Assembly: GCF_001194135.2 (NCBI RefSeq)
Contig: NC_068999.1
Location: 5,801,454-5,841,534 of the forward strand
DNA: 40,081 bases
Reading direction: 5' to 3'
Source: Octopus bimaculoides
Lineage: Eukaryota
Position numbers and translations under genes: made by a program. Numbering within the stretch: position 1 is the stretch's first letter; every line of letters begins with the position of its first letter. Under the pieces are notes generated by a model. The model worked only from the letters and a program-made list of their open reading frames with translations, did no database searches and was not told where the DNA came from. Positions 23,395-36,192 of the stretch are shown in pieces.

Positions 23395-23725
23395 ACACGG
23401 AGGAGCAGTAGGAGGAGGAGAAAGGAAGAAGTAGGAAAAGATGGAGGAAGAGGAGGGGGAAAGGAAGAGCAGAAATATAAGGAGGCAGGAGAGGAAGGGA
23501 AGGAAAAGGAGGAAGCGAAGAGGAAGAAGGAGGCGGAGAAGAAGGAAAAGGAGAATGAACGGAGCCGGGGGGGGGAGAAGAAGAAAAAGGAGAAGAAGAA
23601 AAGGAAGAAGGACGGAGTAAAGAAGAAGAAGAAGAAGAAGAAGAAGAAGAAGAAGAAGAAGAAGAAGAAGAAGGGGTGAAGGAGAAAAAAAAGAAGAAGG
23701 AAGAGGAGGAGGAGGAGATAAAATG
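23395..23725. repeat. (GGA)/(GAA)n polypurine tract
   Basis: Directly visible; it gives the K/E-rich pseudo-ORF. Confidence 0.9.
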
Positions 23726-24715
23726 TCCAGAAAACTTGAGGAAAAGACAATATTTAATAATGCATGTCGCGTGTTGAATGAAAGATAAGACAGGAGTTAA
23801 GTGCTCGAGAGATGTTTGACTAATACGTCCAAATATGTTTATATAGGTTGTAGGATGAGTTAGTTTCAGGAAGGACCATATTTCTATGAACATATTACGG
23901 TGAGATGTCATCATATAATGGCAAAGTAAACGTTCTATTGTCGTTTAAAGTGAACAAACGCCACAGGTATCTTACGTAAACAGCAGTGCTGTGGTAAGAG
24001 TCTAAAGATCCTATGTACACAGACAGGCAAGCACACGTAAATACACACACACACACACACATACGTAAGTGCGTGTACGTATTTTCTTCAAACACTTGTT
24101 GTAAAGTCTTGATATCTATAATAGTTATCTAGCTATTTTGTACTCAAATATATGTTTTTTTCATAAAGCCTAACATCATTTGCATTACATCATTTACAAT
24201 TATGCCTGGTTGAAGTTGCATATCTACGTATGATCAAAATTTGAAGATAAAACAATAAAACAATAAAATAATATTTAAACGTTTGAGAATTGAATATGAA
24301 CCTTTATTGAATTATAGCTTGCAGAGTTTAATCCCTTGAAAGCACGACCTTGTTTTCAAATCCTCTTGAAATGTTCAAAACATATTTTGAACATTCCTTG
24401 GAAAATTATTTCAATATTTTTTAATGGTTTGAATTTACACAGAGAAACACTCCTTTATGACGTCATAGAAATTGGCGTCATTACGACGTCATAGAAATTT
24501 TATTTAATCCTGTTTTATGCTCTAAATAGAGAAATTGGATTTACTCACATAACCTTTTTGTAATTGTCTGTCCTGTTATGTCCAATTCTATGTACGATCT
24601 TATGATTATAATAAAGAATTTACTTTGAAATGTTTCTATAATGATGTCATGATTATCAAATTAACTTCATCGAAAAAGCAAACCCATCTTGTTTGCTATT
24701 ATTTCAACAACTTAT

Positions 24716-24930
24716 ACTGCCCACAGTGGGATAAACGTAGAGGGGATAAACAAGGACAGACAAAGGCGTAAAGTCAATTACATTGACCCCAGTGCATAAC
24801 TGGCACTTAATTTATCGACCCCGAAAGGATGAAAGGTAAAGTCGATCTCGGCGGAATTTGAACTCAGAACGTAGTGGCAGACGAAATACATTTCGCCTGG
24901 TGTGCTAACGATTCTGCCAGCTCGCCGCTT
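24716..24930 (-). mobile_element. SINE family A, full length, tail type 1
   Basis: Complete head, body and the GGACAGACAAAGG tail. Confidence 0.9.
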
Positions 24931-25053
24931 TAACAAACACCAATATTGGTGAATATTTATTCACCGTGTCTTATCAGTTAATTACAACTAAACATTGTGA
25001 TATTTTATCATCTGTTAAAGAGATAAATACTGCTGATATTTTACAATCGCCGA

Positions 25054-25271
25054 TTGGGACGAGGTGGCAGAATCGTTAGCACTCCGGACAAGATGCATTT
25101 CTTAGCGGCATTTCGCCTGTCTTTACGTTTTGAGTCCAAATTCCTCCGTGGTCGACTTTGCCTTTCGTCCTTTCAGGGTCGATGAAATAAGTGCCATTTG
25201 AGCATTGGAATCGATGTAATCGACTCCCCCGTCTCCACGAAATTGCTGACCTTGTGGCAAAATTAGAAATC
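25054..25271 (+). mobile_element. SINE family A, full length, with probable target-site duplication
   Basis: Flanked by GATATTTTACAATCGCCGA (25035-25053) and GATAGTTTACAATCATCGA (25272-25290), 16/19 identical. Confidence 0.85.
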
Positions 25272-25769
25272 GATAGTTTACAATCATCGAATAGAGTTTA
25301 GGCATTTTTCAATCATGTGAAATTCTGGTAAGGTGTTATTCTTAGCATTTATATTAATCATCACAGAAAAACTCGCAGAAACGCCTTTATTCTTAAATGC
25401 GATGTTCAAATTTTTATTTAAGGATTTCTTTTCTCTTTTTTCCTAAAACACATCCATTAATGTCAGTTGTTCAAGTAGAAAATTACCATTTGGTATTTTC
25501 AATATTTCCATATTTTAACAAAAGCAGTGGTAATTTTACTCAAATTCTAAAGGACCATGTCCCCAACGTGTTGAAACCCACACTAAGCATAGAAAAAATA
25601 TTTGATATAATACGAGTGTGGGCTGAACAGTTCACAGGTGACTATGACGAAGTGATGCTAGATTTGTGAAATCGTATGCATGAATTTCACCTCCGTTAAT
25701 TAATAACTGCGTTGTTTCTTTTCAGGTAAACTGACATCTGAGTGTTCAAAACTTCAAAAATAACTGGAA

Positions 25770-26455
25770 GCAACAACAACAGCAGATATGCTGTCATCAT
25801 CATTGCGATACTTGTTCCTAGCCAAATGTTTTTTTTCATGTTGGGGAACAGATGATAGTCATATGGGCCGAATCCGGAAAACAGGGAGGCTGTTCAAACA
25901 GTTCAAAGACACAGTCACACGAAGCAGCCATTGAAACCAAGAACTTGTGTGCTGGAGTGTTGTCCTGATGATACAAGACTCCTTTCATCAATTTTCCTGG
26001 GCGTTTGGTCATGATGGCCTTTCATAACAACCCCAGAAAGTTCGCATCATACTCGCCATTGATGGTGTGACACTTTTCAATAAACAATGCTTCTTGCGTC
26101 CACCTTAAAACTGAGGCCATCACCTTTCCTACGAAAGAAACGACCTTGGTCTTATCTAGGGAGGTGAAGAGGGGATTTTCTACTGCATAGATTGGCTCTT
26201 CGTCTCTGGCTCAACCTAACACTCATCCTGGCTTAGGAAAAGTTCAAGGAAACCAGCTGAATCTGCCGGAAGCAGTGTCAATTTATCAGTGATGTGATCG
26301 GCCTGTTAAACTTTTGATCAGGTGTCAGATGTGGCATCCACCGAGCAGAAACCTTCCTTATGCCAAGTTCAGAATATTTCAGTACAGCATATCGCTTCCA
26401 AATTTATGGCTGAGAGAATTGTCATGGCGCTGTTTTTCTTACAGACGGTGTCCAC
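25770..26455 (-). mobile_element. Mariner (DD34D) transposase pseudogene, catalytic domain
   Basis: ELGIRKVSARWMPHLTPDQK, QDEC*V, EPETKSQSMQ, GKVMASV, HQDNTPAHK, QPPCFPDSA, DYHLFPNMKK: all mariner landmarks, with stops and frameshifts. Same family as 9648-10150. Confidence 0.9.
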
Positions 26456-27096
26456 ATGTGCGTCTGTCTGTGTGTGTGTGTATGGTGTTATGGTGTGTGT
26501 GTGCGTGTATATATGCGCATGTGTATATGTATACATGCAGAAACGCGTGTACATACCTTTATATGATTGTGTATGCACATGCATACAGAGACACACACAC
26601 AAATGCACACACATATACGCACACACATCCAGACATTATACAGATGAGCCATATATATATATATANNNNNNNNNNNNNNNNNNNNNNNNNNNNNNNNNNN
26701 NNNNNNNNNNNNNNNNNNNNNNNNNNNNNNNNNNNNNNNNNNNNNNNNNNNNNNNNNNNNNNNNNNNNNNNNNNNNNNNNNNNNNNNNNNNNNNNNNNNN
26801 NNNNNNNNNNNNNNNNNNNNNNNNNNNNNNNNNNNNNNNNNNNNNNNNNNNNNNNNNNNNNNNNNNNNNNNNNNNNNNNNNNNNNNNNNNNNNNNNNNNN
26901 NNNNNNNNNNNNNNNNNNNNNNNNNNNNNNNNNNNNNNNNNNNNNNNNNNNNNNNNNNNNNNNNNNNNNNNNNNNNNNNNNNNNNNNNNNNNNNNNNNNN
27001 NNNNNNNNNNNNNNNNNNNNNNNNNNNNNNNNNNNNNNNNNNNNNNNNNNNNNNNNNNNNNNNNNNNNNNNNNAAAAATATTATGCAATTAGGGAT

Positions 27097-27154
27097 ATCC
27101 CCAAACCAGGTTTCGGCTTTTGGTTATTCAACCTTGAGTCTCGTCAGTGTGGAC
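27097..27154 (-). ncRNA. Minimal type I hammerhead ribozyme motif (PLE-type), near intact
   Basis: GTCCACA-CTGACGA-GACTcaaGGTTgaatAACCaaaAGCC-GAAA-CCTGG-TT-TGGGGAT. Full catalytic core, stem I 6/7 pairs, stem II with one mismatch, near-palindromic stem III, GUU triplet. Confidence 0.7.
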
Positions 27155-27617
27155 TACCAGTTTAAATCCTTGACTGTTCACGTTAGTCTCTGACTGTGCA
27201 ACTGGTTTTGTTTTGCACCAAAATCAGAGCACATGGTGCGTAAAAATATATAAATGAAATATTCAAACATTGAGATTTGAAGTTAGATGTCACTACTGTT
27301 CATATCATCTATGGATAAATTCAAAATTTGATGATATCACCAGTAGTAGCATGGGTGGAACGCAGTTATGATAGCTTTAAGGAGCTACACACACCTCTTC
27401 TGTTTTGACCACCGATACTGTATCTCCTGTTATTTACCGTAATTCCGTAACGGCCACAAGTCAAAGGCTGATTGCTATAATGAGAAGTGTGCTTTGTCTA
27501 GAATACCTCCATCTTCTGTAAATATATACACCCGTTCAATCAATCTAGATTTAGACTTTAAATATAATGTTGAGCAAATATTGACGGAAAAGTTGATAAT
27601 GACGATTAAAATAAATA

Positions 27618-27682
<65 letters not shown>

Positions 27683-27877
27683 GAGGTAGTGGTGGTGCTG
27701 CTGCTGCTACTGCCGCATATATATATGTGTGTGTGTGTATATATGTATATGCATGTATCTGTGTATCTGTGTATGCATGTATGTATGTGCAAATATATGC
27801 ATGTGCATATGTATATATGTATGGGCATATATATATATATATGTATACATGCATATCTCTATCTCTTTCTCTCTCAC

Positions 27878-27918
<41 letters not shown>

Positions 27919-27919
27919 G

Positions 27920-28005
<86 letters not shown>

Positions 28006-28664
28006 TGTGTGTGTGTGACATCATGATGTCAGCTTGGAAACGTATACAATACCCTTCCTATTCGGCAATTATTCCATGGAAAAAATCATAGGAGTCTTTT
28101 TATCTAAACGTATTTATATACAAACACGCGTATAAATGCTTGTTACGATAAATATCACCGAAATCTGTTTGAAATGTTTGATGAAAAATAACGTACTTAT
28201 CCTTATCGTAAACAAACTCAAATATGTCTTTACTATGAGTGACAAAATACCAAGGAAGTTCGATGTGGTATGGTAGTAGTAGTTGTCATGTTAGCTGGTC
28301 GTTTTGTTTTGCCGTTGCGAACCGTTGATTGTGTTTTTGTGTTGTCACAGCACTCTAGTCAGCTGCTTCTTCCGCTACTGTTTTCTGATGCCTGGAGTTC
28401 GCTGTCTGTTCCTAGTGACTAAAATGCACTGAATATATAGTGGCGCCAAAGATGAAATTGTTGTTTGATCAGGTTCCACGTGAGGTCCTAAATGGTCAGA
28501 TATTTTGATGACGTAGGTAACATTATAGCGAATCGCGATCGTATTCTTGAATTATTTTTGGCATAGGATATTGTGACCCGGGTTCAATTGCTAAATATTC
28601 CTGTCACAGATTTATAACGTAATCGCTGAACAATATTAAACTCTAAATTTTAATTTTTGCTAGA

Positions 28665-28885
28665 TTTAGTTTCATATAAGATATAAATAGTTCTATATAT
28701 AGTTAGTTCAATATATATTTAGTTCTCTATAATTAATTATATGTAGAGCTGGTTCTATATAAACGATTCTCTATATAATAAGTTCTACATATGATTAATT
28801 CTGTATCTGATTACTTCGGTATATAATTAACCCTAAACATGATTAGTTCCCTATATAATTAATTTCGTATATGATATAATTAATC
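28665..28885. repeat. Degenerate AT-rich minisatellite (unit ~ATTAGTTCTATATA)
   Basis: Repeated TAGTTCT/CTATAT motifs every ~14-22 bp. Confidence 0.55.
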
Positions 28886-29071
28886 TGATGCAATTATGCT
28901 AGATCACTTTGGAATGCAGTAGAATCATAACACTTAACACTTCCTAGATGAACGACCAAATAATCTGAATATATTTGAATATATTTGAATATATACATAT
29001 ATACACACATATATATAGAAGCATATATACTTGTTTCAATCGTATACATGCATATGCTTATATATCATTTG

Positions 29072-29135
<64 letters not shown>

Positions 29136-29137
<2 letters not shown>

Positions 29138-29290
29138 GACACGATTCTTTCAGTTTCCTTTTTCCAAATTCACTCATAAAGCCTAGAATGGTCTGAGGCT
29201 ATAGTAGAAGACACTTGCCCAAGGTTCCATTTAGTCGAACTGAACCCAGAACTATGTGGTTGAGAAGCAAACATTTTACCACATTCTCAC
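29136..29290 (-). mobile_element. SINE family B, 5' half
   Basis: GAGGCTATAGTAGAAGACACTTGCCCAAGG...ACTGAACCCAGAACTATGTGGTTG. Confidence 0.75.
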
Positions 29291-29689
29291 ACACTTATAT
29301 AAGATTATCATTACAAAAAAAAAAACAAGAAGTAAACGTAATTGTATTTACATGCCTTAAATATTTGTTTTTATAAAGCTTCCATTTTATATATTGTGTC
29401 AGTTGCAACACGTGATCTCATTAGAATTGTCACATTGAGAATGTTTCAGAGAGCAATGACCAAGAATGCATCTGTGTCATCAATTGTACTTAAACTTGTC
29501 ATCATCTCGATCTTTCAACTACAGCTTCTCATAAAAATGTAGAATCGTGTGTGTGTATTACGTCATATAGTCAGTAAAATTCATATACAGCTGACAGATT
29601 ATCGACGTTTCATATATTTTACCTTTTACATGTTTTAGTCATTGAACTGTGGTCATGCTGGTGTACCGTTTGAAGAGTTTTAATCAAAC

Positions 29690-29840
29690 GAATCTGCTAT
29701 AATCTCCTGAACGAGAGCTTTGGAGCCATCTCTGAACAGTTTCGATATCAACAAAACCATTAACAAGGGCCCGCTTGATATTCCGTAGAGCTTCTGGGGC
29801 AGAGTGAACCAGTTTGTACTCATACGAGAAAATCACTCAA
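29690..29840 (-). mobile_element. Mariner transposase N-terminal HTH fragment
   Basis: VIFSYEYKLVHSAPEALRNIKRALVNGFVDIETVQRWLQSSRSGDYS matches the mariner N-terminus YEFKLGH.A.EA.RNI...TV.RWF..FRSGD. Confidence 0.7.
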
Positions 29841-30536
29841 AACAAAGTTTGGTTGTTATCATTATCATAAGGTCTGTGGGTACGAATTTTGTAAACCAAT
29901 ATTGTTGGAAAAGGAAAAGAATCAAGATTAAATGTAAGGATGCATAACTGAGTTTTTAAATGACTGAAATAAGTAATTAAAAATGCGACATTGAAACAAC
30001 CTAATATATATATATGTGTGTGTATGTATGTGTGAGTGTGTGAGATTGTATATACATACACACATTCATCGACATGACTTGTTTTCTCAGGGGAACCAAG
30101 CGAAATATGTTGCACCATTATAAGATGAACAAATACAAGACATTGCCAAAGGAATACCGAACAGAAATTATAGCATCAGGAGATTGTTGCTTTAAACATT
30201 TTTCTCCTGTCTTCTTAAATCAAAATCTTTGTTGATACAAAAAAAAATATCACAAACAAACAAAACGCAATAATAACAAAACGTTGAAGCGATGTCTAGA
30301 AACCTTAAATCAAACATTTTCGAACGATAACAACGATTTTTACTTGCATATGTCATGTGAAACGAAACGCCACCCTCTTTATTCCCACCTCTAACCTTAA
30401 ACTTATCTCTTTACGCACTGCGACATTATTTTACTGTTAGTGTAAAAAGTATTCTGTCTTTCAAAACTGTAAGCTTGACAGATATACATGTATGCAAACA
30501 CATATGCACGCTTACATACACACACACACATACATA

Positions 30537-30635
<99 letters not shown>

Positions 30636-31114
30636 ATGTGTGTGTGTATATATATATATATGTGTGCATATCGATATGTTTATGTGTGTGTGTGTTTTAT
30701 TTTTAATCCTCAGATATTAAAAATTGAGTCAAGGACAGACAGTTTTGTGTATGGCTCTTTTCGAAGTACAAAGAATAGTAATCACAGTTGGAAATGTGCG
30801 TGCGAAACTCACAACGACTGTTTTACTTTCCATATTCTGCCTAACATGTGTGTGTGTGAGAGTACGTAGAAAATTACTATACACAGATAGACGTAATGTA
30901 TTTCGGAATAGGCGAAACTGGACCTAGTCTGGTGATTCTAGGGGCTATCATTGAGCGATTAACTCCTCTGTCAGTATATATATATATATATTGCGCTCTT
31001 CTTACAGTGTTAAGAGTTTTTTAACTCTTATTTGTAGCAATGTAGGTGCTTTAGTGTTCTTTTACTTTTCTATTCTTTTAGACGTTCTAGTCATTTGACT
31101 ACGGCCATGCTGGA

Positions 31115-31515
31115 GACTCAGATTTGGTCTAAAGACATTTATACACTTACCATGTATGTCTCTCAGACATTTTGGGAGTATATTGAAGAGCTGTGGGCCC
31201 TTGAATCCCAAGCTATTGCAGTATCTGGTCCTGTATTTTGACGCAGAGAAGGGATTCCAGACACAATGTAACGACGCCTTATTCTGACGTTTGTATGACT
31301 TTCAAAGTCAATGTTTGGGACAAACCCTTCCAGAATCTTCCAGAGAGAAAAGTCTTACCCTACTGAGTTTTCCCAGTAGCTTTGAGGCTATCGTCTTCGT
31401 GCAGTTTCGCTGGACTGCTTGCTTCAAGTTCCGCTATATATTTTACACTGTGTGGTGACCATAGTTCGGAGCAATGAAGACGGCTTTGGACAAAAGTCCT
31501 CCAGAGGAATATTGA
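31115..31515 (-). mobile_element. CR1-group LINE ORF2 C-terminal fragment
   Basis: LWRTFVQSRLHCSELWSPHSVKYIAELEA...SYWE...LWKILEGFVPNI...YRTRYCNSLGFKGPQLFNILPKCLRD, with frameshifts. Confidence 0.8.
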
Positions 31516-31784
31516 ATTATGCCTTCTTTTATTTGTTTGTTGTTTGTTTCTCTTCACATATTCTTCGACTCTTATTCACGTAAGGTAAGCAGCAGAAAAA
31601 CTAATAACAGTCACATGGGAAGAATATTAAATGAAACAAAAATCATATATAAATGTGTACGTATGTATGTTTGTGTATATGGATATATACATATGTACAA
31701 GCACGCATATATATAACTGTATGTATGGATAGATATGTGTATACATATATGTACTTGTAGCCACACGCGTTAAATACATACCCA

Positions 31785-31862
<78 letters not shown>

Positions 31863-32238
31863 TATATATACATACACAAATATATATATATATATATATA
31901 TATACATGCATATATGTAGAGCTTTATACTTATGTATACGTATATCATAAGTTTGTATGTATATGAATATATATGTGTGTGTGTGTATGTATGTTTAGAC
32001 AGACACGTACATATACACATAAATGGAAACTTATGTATGACCACAAATATTTAAATAAAAATGTATTTAAACGCATGTACATACAACTATATATGTATAT
32101 ATCTGTATACACCTAAAGATATACATACTATACATTTTTACAGATTTATATATAAATATATATATTTATATACACTTATATATATACATATATATATATA
32201 CATGCATATATTTATAAGTATATAAATATGTGTATGTT

Positions 32239-32275
<37 letters not shown>

Positions 32276-32415
32276 TATATACACGTATAAATTTATGTTT
32301 GTATATATAACACGTATATATATATATAAATATATATATTCATACACACTTATAAACATATACATGCATACACATATGTATATACGTAAATGCACACACA
32401 CACACACACACACAT

Positions 32416-32452
<37 letters not shown>

Positions 32453-32764
32453 TACACAAACACACACAGAGTAATGAGTGAAAACAGTGGAAACCACTCA
32501 AAACCTCTCTGATTGCATTTGTTGCTGTCCAGCGTGTGTGTAGGAGTTGGAGCGAATTAACCTTATTAGACGTATGTTAACACAATTTTATATTTGGTAC
32601 GAGACGCCGAATAAACAGAGGAAAACGCCAAGTCGAACAACCACAACAACAATAACAACAGCAGTATTTCTCATAGGTTACTACTACTACTGCTTCTGCT
32701 GCTGATGGTGATGATGATGATGATGTTGATGCCGATGATACTACTACTATTAATAATAATAATT

Positions 32765-32964
32765 ATTTCAAAATTTTGCCACAAGCGTAGCTTGGCGGAG
32801 GTGGAGGATGAGTCGATTACATCGACCCCAGTCTTCAACTGGTACTTATTTTATCGACCCCCAAAGTCGACCACGGGGGAATTTGAACTCGGAACGTAAA
32901 GACAGACGAAATAACGCTAAACATTTCGTGCAACATGACAACGAATCTGCTATGTCGCCGCCTT
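32765..32964 (-). mobile_element. SINE family A
   Basis: GTCGATTACATCGACCCCAGT...GGAATTTGAACTCGGAACGTAAAGACAGACGAAATA. Confidence 0.85.
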
Positions 32965-32970
32965 ACCACC

Positions 32971-33040
<70 letters not shown>

Positions 33041-33041
<1 letters not shown>

Positions 33042-33500
33042 AGATGTTTATTGGTCACAAGGGCTGACATGAAAACAGATAGGGACAATACAAAACAAGG
33101 GATACGTCGGGTTTAACACAAAAATCGAATAAACAATAAAATAACAAAAACACTTAACATTGCAACAAATCAATAAAATCCCCAAAAGGAGTTAGTTCAT
33201 CTCAAGGGCAACCGAAGAGCCCCACGCTCCCTGGTTATCCTGACTGCCGGGTGCACATCAGCAGATGCCTCGCCTTCACAACTGCTCCGGTTCGTATACA
33301 ATTGTTCCGGGTGGTCTGTATATCCAACAGCTTTGACTTTTGGATACCCTATGCTACCATTCTCTACTGGCTTGCAGAATACTCTGTCCAGAAACGATCT
33401 GGATGACCCGAGACTGTTTGTTCATGTCCACATATGTTCATTCGGGAAATCAATTCGGAACATGTGAACCAGTTGGAAATGATTGAGTAGGTTTACGTAA
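33041..33500 (-). mobile_element. LINE 3' end (probably L1/Tx1-like) with AATAAA and a (GTA)n tail
   Basis: Minus ...TTGTCCCTATCTGTTTTCATGTCAGCCCTTGTGACCAATAAACATCT-(GTA)n. The clade assignment is from recall; there is no clear ORF motif. Confidence 0.5.
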
Positions 33501-33542
33501 CTTTTAGTAAACCTACGTAATAATAATAATGATGATAATTAC

Positions 33543-33608
<66 letters not shown>

Positions 33609-33620
33609 GTAATAATAATA

Positions 33621-33820
33621 ATTATTTCTACGATAGGCAAAAGGCCCGAAATTTGGGGGAAGGGGATAATCGATTACATCCACCCCAGTGCGTATCTGGT
33701 ACTTAATTTATCCACCCCGAAAGGATGAAAGGCAAAGTCGGCGCCTCGGCGGAATTTGAACTCAGAACGTAGCGCTAAGCATTTCGTGCATCGACCGAAC
33801 GGTTCTGCCAGCTTGCTGCT

Positions 33821-33821
<1 letters not shown>
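33621..33821 (-). mobile_element. SINE family A, tail type 2, between (AAT)n tracts
   Basis: Complete head, body and tail. Confidence 0.85.
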
Positions 33822-33894
<73 letters not shown>

Positions 33895-33897
<3 letters not shown>

Positions 33898-34088
33898 CCT
33901 TTCTACTATAGGCACAATGCCTGGAATTTTGGTGCGGAGATCACTAGTCAATTATATCTACCCCAGTTTTTCACTGGTGCTTAATTTTTCGACCCCGAAA
34001 GATAAAGTCGACCTCAACGGAATTTGAACTCAGAACGCAGCGACGGCTGAGATACTGCAAAGCATTTCGTCCAGCGTGCTAACGATTC
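33895..34088 (-). mobile_element. SINE family A, tail type 2, head truncated by the next copy
   Basis: Ends at AACGATTCT, directly abutting the tail of the following copy. Confidence 0.85.
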
Positions 34089-34321
34089 TTATTTCTGTAT
34101 TGCCCACAAGGGGCTAAACATAGAGGGGACAAACAAGGACAGACAAAGGGATTAAGTCGATTACATCGACCCCAGCGCGTAACTGGTACTTAATTTATCG
34201 ACCCCGAAAGGATGAAAGGCAAAGTTGACGTCGGCAGAATTTGAACTCAGAACGTAACGGCAGACGAAATACCGCTAAGCATTTCGCCCGGCACGTTAAC
34301 GTTTCTGCCAGCTCACCACCT
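34089..34321 (-). mobile_element. SINE family A, full length, tail type 1, young
   Basis: Near-consensus A box, B box, central block and the GCCCCTTGTGGGCAATA tail. Confidence 0.9.
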
Positions 34322-35132
34322 TTAATAACAACAACAGCAACAACAATAATAATAATAATAATAGAAGAAGAAGAAGAAGAAGAAGAAGAAGAAGAAGAAG
34401 AAGAAGAAGAAGAAGAAAAAGAAGAAGAAGAAGAAGAAGAACTGCAACTCTTACCAAAAAAAAAAAAAAAAGAGAGATACATATTACAGGAGACAAAATA
34501 AGGAAAAGGGAAATTCGCAACAAGACCTTCGCAACATTAACTGGCAGAAGACGAAAGAGGAATGATACAAGAATAGCGGAGAGCAATAATGGTTGGAAGA
34601 AATCAACAATGGAATCAAAGAACAGAGCAACAACTAGTGTCTCTACAACAGCAACAAGAACAACAACAACAACATCATTGGCATCATCTGCAACAATAAC
34701 AAGAACAACAAGAACAAGATTTGAAGACGCTGGTTATTTAATATTCATGAAGACTAGGAAATGACTTAACTAAGGATGAGAAAAACTCCTTCCTTCCACC
34801 CTTCCTACCTTCCTTCCTTTTCTCCTCTCTTTTTTCGCTTCTTTCTCACTTTCTCCGTCGCTGCTTTTCTTTTTTGCTTCATTCGTTCATTCAATCGTTT
34901 TTTTTTCTTTCTTTCTTTTCGTTGTTTCTTTTTGGCGTTTTATATTTTGTTTATTTATTCATTCATTTGTTCCTTTGATTGCTAAACTTCTTTATACGGT
35001 ATGTGTGCGTTTGCATCGACGCACATAACTTTATACATACGCCAAACACATAAGCATATGCATGTGCGCACAATCATATACATACATTATATACATACAT
35101 ACATACATACATACATACATACNNNNNNNNNN

Positions 35133-35163
<31 letters not shown>

Positions 35164-35522
35164 ACATACGCACACAGGCAATCGTACACACTGCTGCTTA
35201 TGGTAATTTTTTGGTAGAGACAAATTGGCTTCCATTATTATTCCTGCGCGTTATTTATTTGTTGTGTGTGAATGTATATGTGAATGTATATGCCTAGGCG
35301 TGTCAGTGTATGTGTTTCTATTTGTGTGGTTGTATGCATGTATATATATATGTATATATATTATACTAGTATATATTTATGTATGTATGTATGTGTGTGT
35401 GTATGATATTTATGTATATACTGATATGCCGTATTTCCTCTTTTACACAAATGTCCGTCTCTTCAAACGATAACATAATTATTGCAGTTGATGTTGCTGT
35501 TGTTTTTGTTGTTGCTCTTGCT

Positions 35523-35563
<41 letters not shown>

Positions 35564-35629
35564 TTGCAATATCATTATATGTATTTTTCTATATATAATC
35601 ATTGGCTGTTGTTTATCTTGAGCGAACAT

Positions 35630-35837
<208 letters not shown>

Positions 35838-36126
35838 NNNNNNNNNNNNNNNNNNNNNNNNNNNNNNNNNNNNNNNNNNNNNNNNNNNNNNNNNNNNNNN
35901 NNNNNNNNNNNNNNNNNNNNNNNNNNNNNNNNNNNNNNNNNNNNNNNNNNNNNNNNNNNNNNNNNNNNNNNNNNNNNNNNNNNNNNNNNNNNNNNNNNNN
36001 NNNNNNNNNNNNNNNNNNNNNNNNNNNNNNNNNNNNNNNNNNNNNNNNNNNNNNNNNNNNNNNNNNNNNNNNNNNNNNNNNNNNNNNNNNNNNNNNNNNN
36101 NNNNNNNNNNNNNNNNNNNNNNNNNN

Positions 36127-36192
<66 letters not shown>

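Noticed and set aside
23320-23679. K/E/R-rich ORF resembling a nuclear protein
   Set aside because: It is entirely a (GGA)/(GAA)n tract, with no splice or homology support.
28665-28885. CRISPR-like or coding array
   Set aside because: Units are irregular, low-complexity and lack unique spacers; this is an ordinary decayed minisatellite in eukaryotic DNA.
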